A DNA stretch of 64,000 nucleotides from Podarcis erhardii (taxonomy: Eukaryota), in assembly GCA_964252035.1 (NCBI GenBank), contig OZ176206.1. The stretch is one strand, 5' to 3'. The position numbers and the translations under genes were made by a program. Below are positions 59,429 through 64,000 of the stretch, one piece after another. The notes beneath the pieces were generated by a model. That model was not told where the DNA came from and ran no database searches. It saw only the letters and a list, made by a program, of their open reading frames with translations. Position 1 is the stretch's first letter. The number at the start of each line of letters is the position of its first letter.

Positions 59429-60775
59429 ATGGTTTTATACACTTCCCCATTTCCAAACGGCTTTCTGTCAGCACTGCACTCTTTCTCCTGGGGCTTGATC
59501 TTCCCATGTTATTGGCTTGGAGACAGGCTTATAGCCTCCTTTGTGCCTACCACCTATGAGAAGCGCCAAAGGGGAGATGATCCGTGCTACTTTCACGCTC
59601 TGTGCATCATCATCACCACTCCAATTTACCTGGCACTGCTGGTGGTCTCTCTGCCTTTTGCCCTGATTGGCTTCCTGCTCTGGTCCCCTCTCCAGTCTGC
59701 TAGGCGACCGTACGTCTACTCTAGGCTGCAAGACAAGAGCCAGATCCATGGAAGCACGTTGCTCACGGAGTGGAAGGCCGCCAGCAACGGGAAAAGCTTC
59801 TGCTTTGGCAGCGCCAATGTCTGCCTGCTCCCAGACTCCTTGGCAAGATTGAACAATGTTTTCAACACACAGGCCCGTGCTAAGGAGGTTGGGCGACGGA
59901 TACGGAATGGGGCTAGCAGGCCACAGATCAAAATCTACATCGATTCCCCCACAAACACGTCCATCAGCGCAGCAAGCTTCAGCAGCCTGGTCTCTCCTCA
60001 GGGCGGAGATAGTAATAACCGCGCAGTCAATGTGGGCATCAAGAGGACAACCTCGATGGAGTACAAAGGGGACAACTCCGGCTTGAACAACAGCGAAGAT
60101 GGTAGAGATGGCAAAGCTGGAGGAGATACCAATGAGGGCGAAGATGGCAACACGTGCATTGTGCGCATAGGTGGAGAGGACAATGGGCACATTTCAGACC
60201 TGGAAGCAGATGGCACTGGTGGCCAAGTCAATAACAGCAAGGGGCCAGCAGACCGATCACCAGAATCTGAAGCCGAGAGCCTGAAAGGACAGACTCCGAA
60301 CCATAAGCAGAAAGAGGGGGATTCTGGGAGCCTAGATAGCTACACTGCCTCGCGAGAGTCCCTAGTGAAGGTGCGTGCCGCAGACGGCCCTGTGGACCAG
60401 AGCACTGTCAACAGCAAGCTCCTTTACAAGGCCTCACTGATGAAGAAGACCTCCTTGAGAAAAAAGAGAAACACAGATGAGCTCTTTGACCACGAGATCT
60501 CCGCTTTCTTCCCTGCCAATTTGGACTTCCTGTGCTTGCAGGAAGTGTTTGACAAAAGGGCGGCTGAGAAATTGAAAGAGGAGCTCCACCATTACTTTGA
60601 ATACATTCTGTACGATGTTGGGGTCTACAGCTGCCACGGCTGCTGTACCTTTAAGTTTGTGAACAGTGGCCTGCTTTTTGCCAGCCGCTATCCAGTTATG
60701 GATGCTGCTTATCACTGTTATCCCAATGGAAAAGGAACAGACGCCTTGTCTTCTAAGGGGGCCCTGTTTCTCAAG
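59429..60775 (+). CDS. SMPD3: Neutral sphingomyelinase 2, first coding exon (449 codons; gene continues beyond the window)
   Basis: MVLYTSPFPN..two hydrophobic segments..GSANVCLLPDSLAR (N130), calcineurin motif PQIKIY, IDS(173)P, disordered insert, LDFLCLQEVFD, GCC..NSGL.FASRYP, SKGALFLK. Ends at the donor AAG|GTAGGT (phase 0), at the same protein position as the mammalian exon boundary. Confidence 0.97.
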
Positions 60776-60921
60776 GTAGGTCTCTTTCTATATAAACTGA
60801 TTCAGGGACCTTCTGGTCTGCAAGCAGGACAAGTGCATATATGTGTGTGTACTTTGCATGTCTAGGCCACTATGCAAATACAAAATTTGTGGTGTGCAAT
60901 AAAGAACACCCTGCTTCATTG

Positions 60922-60975
60922 GAACATAGAAAGCTGCCTTATACCGAGTCAGACCATTAGTCCATCTAACACAGC
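60922..60975 (-). mobile_element. SINE 3' tail fragment
   Basis: GAACATAGAAAGCTGCCTTATACCGAGTCAGACCATT.GTCCATCTA. Confidence 0.75.
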
Positions 60976-61092
60976 ATCAAAATGAATGGGACCTGTCCCA
61001 AGTCCTGGGAGTGGCCCTTATCCATTTTGATATGGCCTGCAAACGAGAACATCCTTATGGGCCATGATTTTCGCTCTCCTCCTCTCTAGCTC

Positions 61093-61136
61093 TTTTATAT
61101 CATTTCTTTGACATTTTTATATCATTTCTTTGACAT
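61093..61136. repeat. Exact 22-bp tandem duplication
   Basis: TTTTATATCATTTCTTTGACAT x2. Confidence 0.95.
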
Positions 61137-61424
61137 TTTACAATCCTTAGCTCAGTGAACTTTGCAGCCCTGGGGAGGTGGGTCGTGGTGGCTCCCACAT
61201 GGAGAGCCGAGTGTTCCTTATGTGACCCTTGCCAAGATGCTTGCCAGAATTGCCTTGCTAATTGGCAACCGTAATCATTTTGCTTTTATTGTCTGCTCTT
61301 TTTGCATTTCATTGGCCACTAAGCTCACTCCCTTACCTGCCCAGCAACCACACGGACAGATAGATGCTTGCTAACTGAGGATGACATGCCATGCATCTGA
61401 TGAAGTGGAAACTTCCATTGTGAC

Positions 61425-62930
61425 CTTTTTTATTTTTTATTTGGATTTTTAATACAGAGACAAAACACACACACATCCCACCCACCTCTTCCCTCCTCCC
61501 CCCAGTTGTACAACTTTCATGCCAATCTCAACATATAACTAAATACCAGGTGACTCCCCCCTTCCACCCTTTTTCTGGTTTCTTTATTTATCTATTAAAT
61601 CACGTATTCCAAATTTTTAATCTTTGAATTTCTCCCTTTGTTAAATTCTATTAACTCCTATTCTGCTGGATTAACTCAAGACTTGTTTATGCTGGTTCTT
61701 AAAATATTCAATAAACATTTCCCAATCCTTGTATTCTTTATCGTCCTTTTCTCTTACCCTATTCATTATGCCTGCCAATTCAGCATATTCAAGCATTTAA
61801 AACTGCCACTCTTCCTTGGTGGGTACCGTCTTCGTTCTCCACCTTTGTGCCAATAAGATTCTAGCCACAGTGGTGGCATATAATAATTTTTGTTTTTTGT
61901 TTTTTAGGGATTTCTGTTGTTACCATTCCCAAAAGGAATGTCTTGGACTTTTTTGGGAAGGTTTTCTTTTTAATATCTTTTTTAATTCATTATAAATTAA
62001 TTCTCAGAATTCCCTGATTACTTTACAGGACCACCACATGTGGAAAAAGGGTCCCTCTAACTTCATTGCATTTCCAACATTTACCTTTTTCTTTTTTAAA
62101 ACATTTTCACTAGTTTGGTAGGTGTTAAATACCATCTGTGGGTCATTTTCATCATATTTTCCTTTAATGTATAACACACCATAAAAATGATATTTACTGT
62201 CCATAAATTATCCCACAGCTCATAATCAGTGTTATGACCCACATCCTGTGCCCATTTAATCATATTTGATTTCACAAATTCCTCTTTTGTATCCCACTCT
62301 AGCAGCAGTTCGTACATTTTTGATAATACTTTTTCTTTTGTATCTAATAAATTTTTTGCAAATTGGGATTTTTGTTCTGCAAATCCATTTTTTATCAATC
62401 TTATAAAGTTTGCTAATCTGATGTATCTGTAACCAATCTGTTAGTAATTTTTTTAGTTCCTTGGGGTTTTTCAACCTTGGTTTCTGTCCTGTAAGATCTA
62501 AGATTTCTTTATATGTTAATCATTGTTTGTCCATATTTGTTCTTAATTTGACTTAGTGCCCTTTGCATTTCCATCATTGATATTGGAGTATTTAATATCT
62601 TTGCATTTTCTTCTGATATTTGTCCAATTTACATTCTTCCAAATACTCCAATATCAATTCTGCGTTTTCTTGCTCTTTCTTAGAAAGGTCTATGTAGAAT
62701 TTAACAAATGTGTGTCTTATCTCTTTTTGATTGATTATGGAGGTTCCATTTTTTAGCGGACTATGGATTATCCTTTTTTTCTTTTTCTTTCTTCAGTTGC
62801 CAGGCTAATAACTTTCCTGGTTTATTTTGCAAATTCAAATCTCTTTTGTTTCATCGCTTTAATTTTCCTTTCTATATCTTGGTTAATTAGCATAGAGTAT
62901 TGCGCTTGTAATATTTAATTCCTTGTAATA
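61425..62930 (-). mobile_element. Degenerate, internally deleted L1 3' fragment
   Basis: T-rich tail at ~61425. ORF2 C-terminal relics (LSKMYELLLEWDTKEE..W..D.G, LKENMMKM..RWYLTP.KL, GPFFHMWWSC). EN-RT linker relic (KQKRFEFANKPG.LLAWQLKK) at ~62790-62880. The RT core is absent. Confidence 0.85.
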
Positions 62931-63277
62931 GGGTGGTGCTGTGGTCAAACCACAGAGCCTAGGGTTTGCCAATCAGAAGGTCAGCAGTTTGAATCCCCGC
63001 AACAGGGTGAGCTCCCGTTGCTCAGTCCCTGCTCCTGTCAACCTAGCAGTTCGAAAGCACGTCAAAGTGCAAGTAGATAAATAGGTACCGCTCCAGCAGG
63101 AAGGTAAACGGCATTTCCGTGTGCTGCTCTGGTTCACCAGAAGTGGCTTAGTCATGCTGGCCACATGACCTGGAAGCTGTCTGTGGACAAACGCCAGCTC
63201 CCTCGGCCATTAAAGCGAGATGAGCGCCGCAACCCCAGAGTCGTCCGCGACTAGACTTAACGGTCAGGGGTCCCTTT
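62931..63277 (+). mobile_element. Sauria SINE
   Basis: GGGTGGTGCTGTGGTCAAACCACAGAGCCTAGG..TCAGGGGTCCCTTT, collinear with the 1801-2150 copy. No TSD seen. Confidence 0.93.
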
Positions 63278-63327
63278 GTTGTTGCTATGGAATGAAACAC
63301 AGACCTGCCCAGGAGAAGCATGTTTTA

Positions 63328-63500
63328 GGAACATAGGAAACCATTACATTGGACCATTGGTCCATTTAGCTCAGTATTGTCTACATTGACAGGCAGGAAC
63401 TCAGACAGTGATCACTTGCAGCCCTACTCAGAGATGTCAAGGATTGAACCTTTGCCCTTCTGCATGCAAGATCCTTTATCACTGAGCTACACTCCCTCCC
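63328..63500 (-). mobile_element. Squamate tRNA-derived SINE (CCTATGTT-tail family)
   Basis: GGAACATAGGAA..GACCATTGGTCCAT.TAGCTCAGTATTGTCTACA.TGAC..GGATTGAACC..TTCTGCATGCAAG..CACTGAGCTAC. Confidence 0.82.
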
Positions 63501-64000
63501 CAATCAGGTTTATGTTGCCAAAATTCCACACACATATCTTTTCATTTAGGCCTTTCCCAGCTCTAATTGCTTGGTTGAACTGCTTAGTAGTTGCCTTTTT
63601 AAAAAGTTTCTTGAGCATTTTGACTTTCTGCTATATGGGATATTTTTAGTTGATATTATCCATAGTTATTTTCATCAATGTTATGTTTTAATGTATTATT
63701 TAGAATTTTGACTTTTTTAATGGAAATGGTATTGAGATTTTTTTAAAAATAGTAAATTGATTAAATAAATAAATAGTCCAGAATGTGTGAATTAGGGCAG
63801 CTTGCTTTAAAGTGCAGACTGAACAAAATTCTGAGTGGTGACCATCTATTTAGAAGGGAATTTTTTTTTCCTGGAGCAGTGTGAGAATAGACGAAGAGTT
63901 GTAGCATTAAAAACCTTTTTTGGAAAAATATTCTAAGAGTTTGAAATCTCTGTATTCAACCTGAGCTGTTTGCAAATCAAAGGGGCGGAGCTATTTGCTG

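Noticed and set aside
59468-60190. 240-aa antisense ORF and other ORFs overlapping the exon
   Set aside because: Shadow ORFs of a GC-rich coding exon, with no recognisable homology.
59429-60865. 478-aa ORF as a complete protein
   Set aside because: SMPD3 homology stops at GALFLK, exactly at an AAG|GTAGGT donor. The last 29 aa are intron read-through, and their faint echo of the next exon (ICVCTLHV versus IACTHLHA) comes from GT-rich low-complexity sequence.
60776-64000. Downstream SMPD3 exons
   Set aside because: No sequence resembling the next exon was found; it presumably lies beyond the window.

Overview
Vertebrate DNA, almost certainly from a squamate (probably lacertid) lizard, judged from Sauria SINEs and lizard-type L2, CR1, Penelope and hAT repeats. 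The only host protein-coding sequence is the large first coding exon of SMPD3 (neutral sphingomyelinase 2; + strand, ATG 59429, splice donor after 60775, 449 codons). The preceding ~59 kb is most plausibly SMPD3 5' intronic or upstream sequence and is rich in transposon relics. These include a full-length but disabled 6.9-kb antisense L1 (43827-50691) that split an older MIR/Ther1-like SINE and was itself hit by a rearranged mini-Penelope insertion, a second internally deleted L1 fragment, CR1 and L2 fragments, several SINE families, hAT MITEs (two with 8-bp TSDs), a probable solo LTR, microsatellites and one 137-N assembly gap. The most interesting observations are: (i) three different Pol III heads (tRNA-Ile, tRNA-Lys and 5S rRNA) fused to the same CR1 3' tail, with a partner CR1 3' end also in the window; (ii) the SINE < L1 < Penelope nest; (iii) nine upstream ATGs in the putative SMPD3 5' UTR; (iv) candidate non-coding SMPD3 exons and enhancer motifs. 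No novel protein-coding system and no CRISPR-like system is supported. Repeat family names come from recalled consensus similarity, not a database search, and boundaries of old repeats are approximate.
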